The notes below the pieces were generated by a model that did no database searches, had not been told where the DNA came from, and was given only the letters and a program-made list of their open reading frames with translations. A DNA stretch of 64,000 nucleotides, taken from an uncultured Gemmatimonadota bacterium. Lineage in GTDB: Bacteria; Blakebacterota; Blakebacteria; Blakebacterales; Blakebacteraceae. This document shows, piece by piece, positions 1-10,359 of the stretch. The stretch is taken from contig CAZNUA010000005.1 in assembly GCA_964576115.1 (NCBI GenBank), positions 62,001 through 126,000 of the forward strand, read 5' to 3'. The position numbers were made by a program, and so were the translations under genes. Each line of letters begins with the position of its first letter. The first letter of the stretch is position 1.

Positions 1-202
1 ATGGGGGGGGTGAGAGAGTGTTTATCGGAGCCGTCGACCGGGCAGGTGATATCCTGAACGGTCGGACGGGAACGTGTCTGACGAAGTCGTAGGCCCATCC
101 TGACGGAAGGGGGGCACGCACTCGATGTCTGAGGCGGCCCTCGATGGGACTGCGCAGCCGGTGGGGCAATCCTGCCGGTACCACACAACGGGAGGCAAAG
201 CA

Positions 203-772
203 ATGGCTTTAAAGGCTGGGCTGTATGTTGATGCGGCCAATCTGTATCGCAAGGATGGGCCGTCGATCAACTATCGGATCCTGAAGGACTTCGTAGCCGG
301 TGAGCGAGAGCTGATCCGCTGCAACGCGTACGTGACCGTCGATCCGGAGAACCCGAAGCCTGTCAAGGGTTTCATCAGCGCGTTGCGGGATATCGGCTTC
401 AAAGTGATCGAGAAAGAATGGTCGCGCTCTCCCGACGGGCGGGTGAAGGCCAACATGGACATGGAGCTGGCCGTGGATGTGTTGATGCAGGCCGACAATC
501 TCGATGTCCTGATTCTGGCCTCGGGCGATTCCGATTTCGTCCGTCTGGTCCGCGCCATTCAGAATCTGGGGAAGCGGGTCGAGGTCGTCGCCTTCCAGGA
601 CCGGGTCGGTTTCGACCTGATCAAGGAAGCCGACGGATTCACGGCTCTGGAGAGCCTCGAAGACATCTTCATGGCTACTCCCGATCCGCCTCAACCCCTG
701 ACCAACGAGACTCCGGCTCTGCAGAACCTGAACAAGTCCGAAGAGCGTATCAGCCGGTTCTTCCGGCGCTGA
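203..772 (+). CDS. NYN domain (LabA/DUF88, PIN-like fold) putative ribonuclease
   Basis: Motifs YVDAANL, VKANMDMELAVD, LASGDSDF and GKRVEV are typical of LabA/DUF88. ATG 203 chosen because GGAGG lies at 191-195 (ORF track starts at 125). Confidence 0.88.
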   Translation: MALKAGLYVDAANLYRKDGPSINYRILKDFVAGERELIRCNAYVTVDPENPKPVKGFISALRDIGFKVIEKEWSRSPDGRVKANMDMELAVDVLMQADNLDVLILASGDSDFVRLVRAIQNLGKRVEVVAFQDRVGFDLIKEADGFTALESLEDIFMATPDPPQPLTNETPALQNLNKSEERISRFFRR

Positions 773-865
773 TGTGCATCGCGCGCGACACCGGGTCGCG
801 ACTCCCCCGGAGGGCGACCCGGTGATCGGAGACAGGTGAGACTGACACCAGGGAAGGATTGAGGG

Positions 866-2029
<1,164 letters not shown>

Positions 2030-2042
2030 GAGGAGGCGAGTC

Positions 2043-2912
2043 GTGAGTATTCTGGTGAACAGCGAGACCCGGCTCCTCGTACAGGGGATCACCGGTGGTG
2101 AGGGAACCTTCCACACCGAACAGATGATCGCCTACGGCACGCCGGTCGTGGCCGGCGTGACCCCCGGCAAGGGCGGTGGCGAACACCTCGGAATACCGGT
2201 TTTCAATACCGTCCGGGAAGGGGTCGAGCAGGCCGGCGCCAATACCAGCGTCATTTTCGTGCCGCCCCCCTTTGCGGCTGATGCCGTCGCTGAAGCGGCT
2301 GCGGCCGGAATCGAGCTGATCGTCTGCATCACCGAGGGGATCCCGGCCCGCGACATGGTCACGGCCAAGCAGGCCGTGGTCGCGGCCGGCGCCCGGCTCG
2401 TCGGTCCCAACTGCCCCGGTGTGATCACCCCCGGCGAAGCGAAAGTGGGCATCATGCCCGGCTTCATCCACACCCCGGGCAGGATCGGCATCATCAGCCG
2501 CAGCGGCACCCTGACCTACGAAGCGGTGGGTCAGCTCGGAGCCGCGGGTCTGGGACAGTCGACCGCCATCGGAATCGGCGGTGATCCGATCATCGGTTCG
2601 ACCTTCCTCGATCTGCTGCCCCTCTTCGAGGCCGATGAAGCCACCGACGCGGTGGTGCTGATCGGCGAAATCGGCGGCACCGCCGAGCAGGAAGCAGCGG
2701 CCTGGATCGCCGAACACATGAACAAACCGGTCGTGGCCTTTATTGCCGGCCAGACCGCACCTCCGGGGCGCCGGATGGGGCATGCCGGTGCGATCATCAG
2801 CGGCAGCAGCGGTACCGCTGCGGAGAAGATGGAAGCCCTGACCGGGGCCGGAGTGGCGGTCTGCGACTCGCCGGCCGTGATCGGCACGACTGTCGCTGCA
2901 GCCCTCGGCTGA
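2043..2912 (+). CDS. sucD: Succinyl-CoA synthetase alpha subunit
   Basis: [20 protein letters not shown] and RMGHAGA (phospho-His); GTG start after AGGAGG. Confidence 0.98.
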   Translation: MSILVNSETRLLVQGITGGEGTFHTEQMIAYGTPVVAGVTPGKGGGEHLGIPVFNTVREGVEQAGANTSVIFVPPPFAADAVAEAAAAGIELIVCITEGIPARDMVTAKQAVVAAGARLVGPNCPGVITPGEAKVGIMPGFIHTPGRIGIISRSGTLTYEAVGQLGAAGLGQSTAIGIGGDPIIGSTFLDLLPLFEADEATDAVVLIGEIGGTAEQEAAAWIAEHMNKPVVAFIAGQTAPPGRRMGHAGAIISGSSGTAAEKMEALTGAGVAVCDSPAVIGTTVAAALG

Positions 2913-2925
2913 AGGAGAGGGCGAG

Positions 2926-3357
2926 ATGGAACTGACCTGTCTGCTGATCAAACCGGACGGCGTAGCCGGTGGGCATTGCGGCGAGATCATGGCCCGGATC
3001 GAGAGCGAAGGCTTTACCCTGCGGGGCCTGCGTCAGGTGCGCCTGACGCAGGCTGCCGCCGAAGCTTTTTACGCCATCCACGCCGACCAGGCCTTCTTCG
3101 AAGATCTGGTCGCATACATGACCGGGGGGCCGATCGTGGCCTGTGCCCTGGAACGCGAGAATGCCGTGGCGCACCTGCGTGAGGTCATCGGCGCGACCGA
3201 TCCCGCCAGGGCCGCTCCCGGCACGATCAGGGCATTGTTCGGTACCGATATCGGTACCAATACGGTGCATGGCTCCGACTCGCCCGCCAACGGGAAGCGG
3301 GAAGTACTCTTCTTCTTCACCGAGCGGGAACTGGCGGAGACCGGGGCCGCCGTATAA
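2926..3357 (+). CDS. ndk: Nucleoside diphosphate kinase
   Basis: IKPDG, PGTIR and NTVHGSDS catalytic His motif. Confidence 0.97.
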   Translation: MELTCLLIKPDGVAGGHCGEIMARIESEGFTLRGLRQVRLTQAAAEAFYAIHADQAFFEDLVAYMTGGPIVACALERENAVAHLREVIGATDPARAAPGTIRALFGTDIGTNTVHGSDSPANGKREVLFFFTERELAETGAAV

Positions 3358-3381
3358 ATTGCGGAATTCTCCCGGTACGGG

Positions 3382-3915
3382 ATGGTGAGTACGGTGGATG
3401 TGGATCTCTTTTCCGTAAGCCTGCACGGGCTGGCCGAGGGGCGGCATCGTCACACCCTGATCGAAGGGGGCGAGGAGCTGTCCCTGCCGGGCTCCGAACT
3501 CACGAGCGCCGGTGAGGTCGAACTCGAACTCACCCTCGACCGGACCGGTTCTCTGCTCACCGCCCGGGGGACCGTCTCGACCCGGGTGAACCTGGTGTGT
3601 GCCCGCTGCCTCGAAGCGTTCGGGTACGTTCTGGAAGGTGAATTTGAAACCGCTCTGCGCCTCGGACCGGACACAACCGCCCTGGATGATGCCGGGGATA
3701 CGCCCGTCATCACCCGGGATGACCGGATATCGTTCGCTCCCTCGGTCCGCGAGGCCCTGATCCTCGCGGTGCCGATGAAACCGCTCTGCACCCCCGGTTG
3801 CCGGGGTTTGTGTCCGCAGTGCGGAGCAAATTTGAACACGACCACCTGCAGCTGCGAAGCCGCACCGGCCGATTCCCGCTGGGCGGCTCTGCAGGACCTG
3901 CGGGAGAAGATGTAA
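3382..3915 (+). CDS. yceD: DUF177/YceD family protein (large subunit rRNA accumulation)
   Basis: CARCL and PMKPLCxxxCRGLCPQCGANLN..CSC..DSRWAAL; canonical position before rpmF. Confidence 0.92.
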   Translation: MVSTVDVDLFSVSLHGLAEGRHRHTLIEGGEELSLPGSELTSAGEVELELTLDRTGSLLTARGTVSTRVNLVCARCLEAFGYVLEGEFETALRLGPDTTALDDAGDTPVITRDDRISFAPSVREALILAVPMKPLCTPGCRGLCPQCGANLNTTTCSCEAAPADSRWAALQDLREKM

Positions 3916-3928
3916 GGAGAACCGGCCC

Positions 3929-4111
3929 ATGGCCGTTCCGAAAAGACGACATTCGCTGGCGCGCAAGGGCAAGCGGCGCAGCCATCAGGCGGTGACATCC
4001 CCTGGCCTCGGGGTCTGCGATCATTGCGGTCACCCGAAGCTTTCTCACCGCGCCTGCCCGAACTGCGGTTATTATCGAGGTCGACAGGTCATCTTCCCCC
4101 GCGAGGTCTGA
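3929..4111 (+). CDS. rpmF: 50S ribosomal protein L32 (Zn-ribbon type)
   Basis: MAVPKRR..RRSH..CDHCG..HRACPNCGYYRG. Confidence 0.97.
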   Translation: MAVPKRRHSLARKGKRRSHQAVTSPGLGVCDHCGHPKLSHRACPNCGYYRGRQVIFPREV

Positions 4112-4123
4112 TCGGCGTCCCCC

Positions 4124-5137
4124 ATGAGGGTTGCTGTGGACGCCATGGGGGGCGACTACGCTCCCGATCGGATTGTCGCCGGGGCGGTCGAAGCGGCGGC
4201 GGCTGCCGCCGGTGCCTATGAGATCGTCCTGGTCGGGGATCGGACCCGGCTCACCGAACACTACGGTACCCTGCTCTATGGATTGCCGATCGAGATCGCC
4301 CACGCCGGCGAGGTCGTGGCGATGGACGAAGCCCCCGCGGTGGCCCTGCGCCGCAAGCGCGAATCCTCAATCAGTGTAGCCATGGAACTGCACCGGACCG
4401 GCGACGTCCAGGCCGTGGTCACGGCGGGGAATACCGGAGCGGCGATGGCCGCGGCCCTGCTGACTCTCGGCCGGCTGGCCGGAGTTTCGCGACCGGCGAT
4501 CGGAACCCTCTTTCCCTCAACCCGCGGCGCCACCCTGGTGCTCGATGTCGGGGCCAACAGCGAGTGTACGGCCGGCAATCTGGTGGAATTCGCCGTTATG
4601 GGCAGCCTGTGCGCCGAGCGCGTTTTCGAGAAGTCGGAGCCCGCGGTCGGGCTTCTTTCCATCGGAGAGGAAAGCAGTAAGGGCTCGGAAGGTGTGGTCG
4701 AGGCCCACGCCCGGTTGCGTGCCGCCGGCTTGAACTTCATCGGCAACGTTCAGGGGCAGGATATCCTTACTGGTGAAGCCGACGTCATCGTCTGCGACGG
4801 TTTCACCGGGAACGTGATTCTGAAATTCACCGAGGGGATCACCACCTTTCTGACAGCCGGGCTCCGCAACGGGTTGCGGCGCAGTCCGGTCGCCAACATC
4901 GGGGCGCTGCTCATGAGCCCGGTCTTCGCGGCCGTGAAGAAGAAGCTCGACTACGAGGAATACGGCGGGGCACCGTTGCTTGGGATCAACGGAGCCGTGA
5001 TCATCTGTCACGGGGGTTCGACCGCCCGGGCGATCCACCGGGCCGTACAGGTCGCCTGCCGGATGGCCGGTCAGGGGCTGAACGAACACATCAAAGCACG
5101 ATTGGACGAGATGCATGCAGCCGACCTTCAGCAATAA
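4124..5137 (+). CDS. plsX: Phosphate acyltransferase PlsX
   Basis: AVDAMGGD, AGNTGA, LDVGAN, CDGFTGNV, GGAPLLG, HGGS. Confidence 0.97.
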   Translation: MRVAVDAMGGDYAPDRIVAGAVEAAAAAAGAYEIVLVGDRTRLTEHYGTLLYGLPIEIAHAGEVVAMDEAPAVALRRKRESSISVAMELHRTGDVQAVVTAGNTGAAMAAALLTLGRLAGVSRPAIGTLFPSTRGATLVLDVGANSECTAGNLVEFAVMGSLCAERVFEKSEPAVGLLSIGEESSKGSEGVVEAHARLRAAGLNFIGNVQGQDILTGEADVIVCDGFTGNVILKFTEGITTFLTAGLRNGLRRSPVANIGALLMSPVFAAVKKKLDYEEYGGAPLLGINGAVIICHGGSTARAIHRAVQVACRMAGQGLNEHIKARLDEMHAADLQQ

Positions 5138-6122
5138 AGCCCGTGGAGCCAGTCGCATCCTGGGTACCGGGCGGGGTATCCCCGAACGCATTCTGACCAA
5201 CCAGGATTTCGAGCAGATGGTCGACACCAGCGACGAGTGGATCGTCACCCGCACCGGCATGAAACGGCGCCATGTGGTCGCCGAGGATCAGGCCACCAGC
5301 GATCTGGCCGCCCTGGCCCTGCGCGACGCCGTGGCCGACGCCGGTCTCGAACTCGACGACCTCGAGGCGGTCATCGTGGCCACGGCCACCCCCGATATGC
5401 CCTTTCCCAGCACCGCCTGTATGGTCCAGGACCACCTCGGCATCCTCGACATTCCGGTCTTCGATGTCTCGGCCGCCTGTTCGGGGTTCATCTACGGGTC
5501 CACCCTGGCCAACAGTCTCATCGCGGCCGGGATGTACGAACGGGTCGCGGTCATCGGGGCCGAGACCCTGACCCGGATCACCAACTACGAGGACCGCTCG
5601 ACCTGCGTGCTCTTCGGCGACGGCGCCGGAGCGGCGGTCTACGGGCCGGGCAACGGCGAAGCGGGGGTGCTGGCCGCCTATATCGGGGCCGACGGCAGCC
5701 TGAGCCACCTGCTGAACATGCCCGCCGGCGGCTCGCGCCTGCCGGCTTCGCACGAGACGGTGGACCGGCGCCTGCACTCGATCCACATGGCGGGCTCCGA
5801 GGTCTTCAAAGCGGCCGTCCGGGCGATGGAATCCTCGGCCGAGAAAGCGCTCGAACTCGCGGGCCTGGATGCGGACGAGATCGACCTGCTGATCACCCAC
5901 CAGGCCAATATCCGCATCATCAACGCCACCGCCACCCGGGTGCACCTGCCCCCCGAAAAGGTCTTCATCAACGTCGACGAGTACGGCAACACGTCAGCCG
6001 CCTCGATCCCGATCGCACTCGACGAGGCGATCGAGCAGGGCTGTGTCGGACCCGGCTCGGTGGTCCTGATGGTGGCTTTCGGCGGCGGTTTCACCTGGGG
6101 CTCGCTGGTGGTGAGACTCTAG
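5115..6122 (+). CDS. fabH: 3-oxoacyl-ACP synthase III
   Basis: DTSDEWI, AACSGF (Cys), HQAN (His), GNTSAAS (Asn), FGGGFTW. Confidence 0.97.
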   Translation: MQPTFSNKARGASRILGTGRGIPERILTNQDFEQMVDTSDEWIVTRTGMKRRHVVAEDQATSDLAALALRDAVADAGLELDDLEAVIVATATPDMPFPSTACMVQDHLGILDIPVFDVSAACSGFIYGSTLANSLIAAGMYERVAVIGAETLTRITNYEDRSTCVLFGDGAGAAVYGPGNGEAGVLAAYIGADGSLSHLLNMPAGGSRLPASHETVDRRLHSIHMAGSEVFKAAVRAMESSAEKALELAGLDADEIDLLITHQANIRIINATATRVHLPPEKVFINVDEYGNTSAASIPIALDEAIEQGCVGPGSVVLMVAFGGGFTWGSLVVRL

Positions 6123-7079
6123 ATGTCGGGCGCGCCGAAGATCGCCTTTCTCTTTCCCGGCCAGGGTGCCCAGCATGTCGGTATGGCCGCTTCTCTGTAC
6201 CGCAAGGGACCGGCTCTGGTCAAAGAACTCTACGCCGAGGCCTCAGAGATCCTCGGGATCGATCTGGCCCGCCTGTCCTTCACGGGGCCGGAGGAGGAAC
6301 TGCGGCAGACCCGGAACACCCAGCCGGCCATCCTGGTCCACTCCATCGCCGTCGCCCGCCTGCTCGAAGCCGAAGGGGTACGCCCCGATTTCGCAGCCGG
6401 GCACAGCCTGGGGGAATTCAGCGCCCTGGTGACAGCCGGCGCGCTCTCCTTCGCCGGCGCGGTTCAGGTCGTGCGGGTGCGGGCCGAGTCGATGCAGCGG
6501 GCCGGGGAGGAGAATCCGGGTGGTATGAGCGCCGTGATCGGGCTCGAATCCGACAAGGTCCGGGCCGCCTGTCAGAAGGCTGCGAAGAGCGGGATCGTGC
6601 AGCCGGCCAATTACAACGCCCCGGAACAGACCGTCATCTCGGGCGAGAAGAAAGCCGTGAAAGCGGCGGGCGAGGCCTGTTCGAAGGCGGGAGCCCGTAA
6701 AGTCGTTACCCTCAAGGTCCACGGGGCGTTCCATTCCCCGCTCATGGAGAGTGCGGTGGAACCGCTGCGTAACATTCTGCGCCAGGTCGAGGTGCGGCAG
6801 GCGATGGTGCCGGTTGTCTCCAATGTCACCGCCCGTCCGGCGGTGCGTCCCGAAGAGATCCGGGAACTGCTGGGCCTGCAGGTGGTCTACCCGATCCGCT
6901 GGGTCGAATCGATGCAGGAGCTTGACCGGATGGGTACCATCCTCTATGTGGAATGCGGACCGGGAGCGGTCCTGCGCGGTCTTCTCAAACGGTGCGTGAA
7001 AGGCGCCGCTTCGACCGGGGCCTCTGAACTGGACGAACTTCCGGAGGTCGTAACGGCGATTGAGCAACTCAACCCTTGA
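6123..7079 (+). CDS. fabD: Malonyl-CoA:ACP transacylase
   Basis: FPGQGAQ, TQPAI, GHSLGE, GAFHS. Confidence 0.97.
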   Translation: MSGAPKIAFLFPGQGAQHVGMAASLYRKGPALVKELYAEASEILGIDLARLSFTGPEEELRQTRNTQPAILVHSIAVARLLEAEGVRPDFAAGHSLGEFSALVTAGALSFAGAVQVVRVRAESMQRAGEENPGGMSAVIGLESDKVRAACQKAAKSGIVQPANYNAPEQTVISGEKKAVKAAGEACSKAGARKVVTLKVHGAFHSPLMESAVEPLRNILRQVEVRQAMVPVVSNVTARPAVRPEEIRELLGLQVVYPIRWVESMQELDRMGTILYVECGPGAVLRGLLKRCVKGAASTGASELDELPEVVTAIEQLNP

Positions 7080-7197
7080 CCTCGGGGGAGCAGAGGAGCT
7101 ATCTGAGACATTCTGGAACGGGTGCCCGCGGGCGGCGTTCTCTGCCGGCGCGCGGAAAGCACCTCAGACACCTGTACGCAGGCGGGAGGAAGATCTG

Positions 7198-7437
7198 ATG
7201 GCGAGTATCGAGGAACGCGTCAAGAACATCATCGTCGAGCAGCTCGGTGTGGATGCCGACCAGGTGACCCCCGACACCTCGTTCGTGGAGGATCTGGGAG
7301 CCGACTCGCTCGACACCGTCGAACTGGTCATGGCCTTCGAGGAAGAGTTCGACCTCGAGATTCCCGATGAGGAAGCCGAGAAAATGACCACCGTCGGTGA
7401 TGCGATTACTCATCTATCGAGCATCCTCGAGGAGTAG
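7198..7437 (+). CDS. acpP: Acyl carrier protein
   Basis: [20 protein letters not shown] phosphopantetheine site; ATG 7198 follows GGAGG. Confidence 0.98.
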   Translation: MASIEERVKNIIVEQLGVDADQVTPDTSFVEDLGADSLDTVELVMAFEEEFDLEIPDEEAEKMTTVGDAITHLSSILEE

Positions 7438-7455
7438 GGAGCGCTGAACGATACC

Positions 7456-8703
7456 GTGCCGCGCAGAATAGTCATCACCGGGCTCGGCGCCGTCGCTCCG
7501 ACCGGGCTGACAATGCCCGGGATATGGCAGGCGGCCGTGGCGGGCCGGAACGGGATCGGACCCATCACCCGGTTCGACGCCTCCGATCTCACGACCCGGA
7601 TCGCCGGTGAGGTCACCGACTTCGATCCCACCGTCGATATGGATCCCAAGGAGGTCCGGCGCTCCGATCTGTTTCTGCAGTTCGCCCGGGTGGCGAGTGC
7701 CGAGGCGGTCGCCGACAGCGGTCTGTCGATCGAGCGGGAAGATCCATTCACGGTCGGGGTGATCGTGGCTTCGGGTATCGGGGGAATCGGGCTGCTCGAA
7801 GACCAGGCCGCTCTTTTCCGGGAAAAGGGCATGAACCGCATCACGCCCTTCTTCGTGCCGATGATGATCATCGATATGGCGGCGGGCGACATCAGCATCA
7901 GGCACGGTTTCAAGGGACCGAACTATGCCACCGTGTCGGCCTGCGCCTCTTCGGCTCATGCTCTGCTCGATGCCTGGAACGCCATCCAGCTCGGGTACGC
8001 CGATGTCATCGTCACCGGCGGGTGCGAAGCGCCCATTACACCTCTGGCCATGGCCGGGTTCTGCAAGATGAAGGCCATGAGCACGCGCAATGACGAACCG
8101 GAGCGCTCCAGCCGGCCCTTCGATCTCGAACGCGACGGTTTCGTGATCAGTGAGGGGGCGGCGATGGTCGTACTCGAAGAACTCGAGCACGCCCGGGCTC
8201 GCGGAGCGAGGATCTACGGTGAGTTTCTCGGCGGCGGCATGACCGCCGACGCCCATCATATGACCGCTCCCGAACCGGAGGGCGAAGGAGCCCTGCGCAG
8301 CATGGGTATGGCTCTGCGTCTCTGTGGGCTCGAACCTGAAGACATTGACTATATCAACGCCCACGGCACCTCCACCCCGCTCAACGATGCCATGGAGAGC
8401 CGGGCCATCCGGCGGGTTTTCGGCGATCACGCCGATGAACTGGCCATCAGCAGTACCAAGTCGATGACCGGTCACCTGTTGGGAGCCGCCGGAGCTCTCG
8501 AGTTCAATCTGCTGGCCCTGACGATCAGGGAGGGTGTCATTCCGCCCACGATCAACTATGAGAACCTCGATCCCGCATGCCCGCTGAACTATACCCCCAA
8601 CGCCTGCACTGAACGGGCGCTGGAGGTGGGGTTGAGCAACAGCTTCGGGTTCGGGGGCCACAATGTGACTCTCGCAGTGAGGAGTTTCCACGAGGAAGCT
8701 TGA
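7456..8703 (+). CDS. fabF: 3-oxoacyl-ACP synthase II
   Basis: SACAS (Cys), INAHGTST, KSMTGH, SNSFGFGGHN. Confidence 0.97.
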   Translation: MPRRIVITGLGAVAPTGLTMPGIWQAAVAGRNGIGPITRFDASDLTTRIAGEVTDFDPTVDMDPKEVRRSDLFLQFARVASAEAVADSGLSIEREDPFTVGVIVASGIGGIGLLEDQAALFREKGMNRITPFFVPMMIIDMAAGDISIRHGFKGPNYATVSACASSAHALLDAWNAIQLGYADVIVTGGCEAPITPLAMAGFCKMKAMSTRNDEPERSSRPFDLERDGFVISEGAAMVVLEELEHARARGARIYGEFLGGGMTADAHHMTAPEPEGEGALRSMGMALRLCGLEPEDIDYINAHGTSTPLNDAMESRAIRRVFGDHADELAISSTKSMTGHLLGAAGALEFNLLALTIREGVIPPTINYENLDPACPLNYTPNACTERALEVGLSNSFGFGGHNVTLAVRSFHEEA

Positions 8704-8725
8704 CCCGCGCCGTCTCTTCGGACGG

Positions 8726-9490
8726 CTGATACAGACTCCGGCTCCGGACTCTGATCCCCTCAGAGTTCTCGAACGCGAGCTGGACTATCGCTTCAGGGAC
8801 CGGACCCTGCTGCGCAGTGCGCTCTCACACCGCTCCTTCGTGGGTGTGCAGGGCGACGACCGGCTCGAATCGAACGAACGCCTCGAGTTTCTCGGCGATG
8901 CCGTTCTCGATCTCATCGTGGCCCACGAGCTCTTTCTGCGCTTTCCGCGCTGCTCGGAAGGCGAGCTGACCGAGCTGAAATCTCTGCTGGTCTCGCGACC
9001 CATTCTGGAGCGTACCGCCCGGGCGATCGATATCGGCAGCGCTCTGCTGCTGTCCTCGAACGAAGATTCGACCGGTGGACGCGAGCGGCCCAGCATTCTG
9101 GCCGATGCCTTCGAGGCGATCCTCGGAGCGATCTACCTCGACAGCGGACTCGAGGCGGTGCACCGGCTCGTCGACCGGTTGATTCTCGACCAGCTCCACC
9201 GGGTCGCCCGTCTGCCCGGGGCGGCCAACTACAAGAGCCAGCTCCTCGAGTACGTGCAGAAAGAACGTTCCGGCCGTCTGATCTACCGAACAGTGGAAGA
9301 GGTCGGACCCGATCACGACAAGACCTTCACGGTCGAGGTCGTGCTCGACGGCCGGGCCCTGGGCCGCGGCGTGGGAGAGTCGAAAAAGCAGGCTCAGCAG
9401 GAAGCAGCCCGGGCCGCTCTCGAAGAGCTGGAGGTCCAGATCAGCACGCCTCTGGTCGAGCAACAAGCCGGGGGAAAGGACTCCCGGTGA
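8726..9490 (+). CDS. rnc: Ribonuclease III (start codon uncertain)
   Basis: NERLEFLGDAVL signature, ADAFEAILGAIYLD and a C-terminal dsRBD. The conserved N-terminal LERELDYRFRDRTLLRSALSHRS lies in frame upstream of the track's GTG 8840, so the start is placed tentatively at CTG 8726. Confidence 0.93.
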   Translation: MIQTPAPDSDPLRVLERELDYRFRDRTLLRSALSHRSFVGVQGDDRLESNERLEFLGDAVLDLIVAHELFLRFPRCSEGELTELKSLLVSRPILERTARAIDIGSALLLSSNEDSTGGRERPSILADAFEAILGAIYLDSGLEAVHRLVDRLILDQLHRVARLPGAANYKSQLLEYVQKERSGRLIYRTVEEVGPDHDKTFTVEVVLDGRALGRGVGESKKQAQQEAARAALEELEVQISTPLVEQQAGGKDSR

Positions 9491-10359
9491 GCGAACGCTG
9501 GCGTTTGCTCATCGACGGGGCCGGCGCACCTGATTGGAACATGGCCCTGGATCGGGCCCTGCTCGATCTCGCCCCCGACAGCCGGTCGCTCCCCACACTG
9601 CGCCTCTATTGGTGGGTACCCCATGCCCTTTCGCTCGGAGCCAACCAGCGGGCCGAGGGACAGATCGACTGGCCGGCTCTGGAACGGGACGGCTACGGGG
9701 CGGTTCGCCGGCCGACCGGTGGACGGGCCATCCTGCACGCCGAAGAAGTAACCTACAGTGTGACCGCCCCCGCTCCCCCCGGCGGAATCGCGGCGGCCTA
9801 CGCCTGGCTGGCCGAAGGTCTCGTTGCGGGTCTGCGCCGGGCCGGAGTCGAAGCCGAACTTCAACGCCTTCGACCGGCCCGCCCGGCGGGAGGCGCGGTG
9901 GCCCACAGCCGTTCGAACGGGGTGCTGGCGACCCGCCACCCCTGCTTCTCGGCCGCCGGACGGTACGAGATCACCGCCCGGGGCCGCAAGCTGGTCGGCA
10001 GTGCCCAGTGCCGCGCCCGGGGCTGGTTCATGCAGCACGGCTCGATTCTGCTCGGCCCCGAACACCTCAATCTGCCCCGCTACCTCTGCGGCGCCGATCA
10101 CGAGAGCGAGATTGAGAAACTACGCCGGGCTACGATAGACTGCTCTTCTCTCCTGGGGCGTCCGCTCGCGCCCGACGATCTGGTCGGCCCCCTGACCGAG
10201 GGATTCGCCCGGGCCCTGGGTATCGAGTTCGAACCCGGGGTTCTGAACCGCACCGAACGCGACTCAGCCGAGCGGCTGTGCGCCGAACAGTTTGCCACCC
10301 GTGCCTGGACCCGGGCCGGAAACCGCGGTTCCGGGAAAGGAAAGGGCACCGCCCGCTGA
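9487..10359 (+). CDS. Lipoate-protein ligase A family / LipM-like octanoyltransferase
   Basis: NMALD, LRLYWW, VRRPTGGRAILH, CF, GRKLVGSAQ and QHGSI; single catalytic domain only. Confidence 0.88.
   Translation: MSERWRLLIDGAGAPDWNMALDRALLDLAPDSRSLPTLRLYWWVPHALSLGANQRAEGQIDWPALERDGYGAVRRPTGGRAILHAEEVTYSVTAPAPPGGIAAAYAWLAEGLVAGLRRAGVEAELQRLRPARPAGGAVAHSRSNGVLATRHPCFSAAGRYEITARGRKLVGSAQCRARGWFMQHGSILLGPEHLNLPRYLCGADHESEIEKLRRATIDCSSLLGRPLAPDDLVGPLTEGFARALGIEFEPGVLNRTERDSAERLCAEQFATRAWTRAGNRGSGKGKGTAR

Noticed and set aside
78..110. CTGACGA, as in a hammerhead ribozyme core
   Set aside because: No correctly placed stem II closing pair or GAAA, and no cleavage triplet arrangement
146..196. Partial resemblance to a ZTP (pfl) riboswitch (GACTG..GTGG..ACCAC..GGGAG)
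   Set aside because: The 3' GCC..CGCCTGGGC element is absent, and the downstream NYN gene does not fit
203..772. NYN protein as toxin-antitoxin or anti-phage component
   Set aside because: No antitoxin or defence genes are visible downstream and the context is housekeeping; the region upstream of the window cannot be seen
8692..8704. prfB-like +1 programmed frameshift at the fabF stop (..CTTGAC)
   Set aside because: The in-frame P-site codon is GCT, not CTT, so tRNA re-pairing in +1 is poor. Kept only as a minor alternative in the rnc finding.
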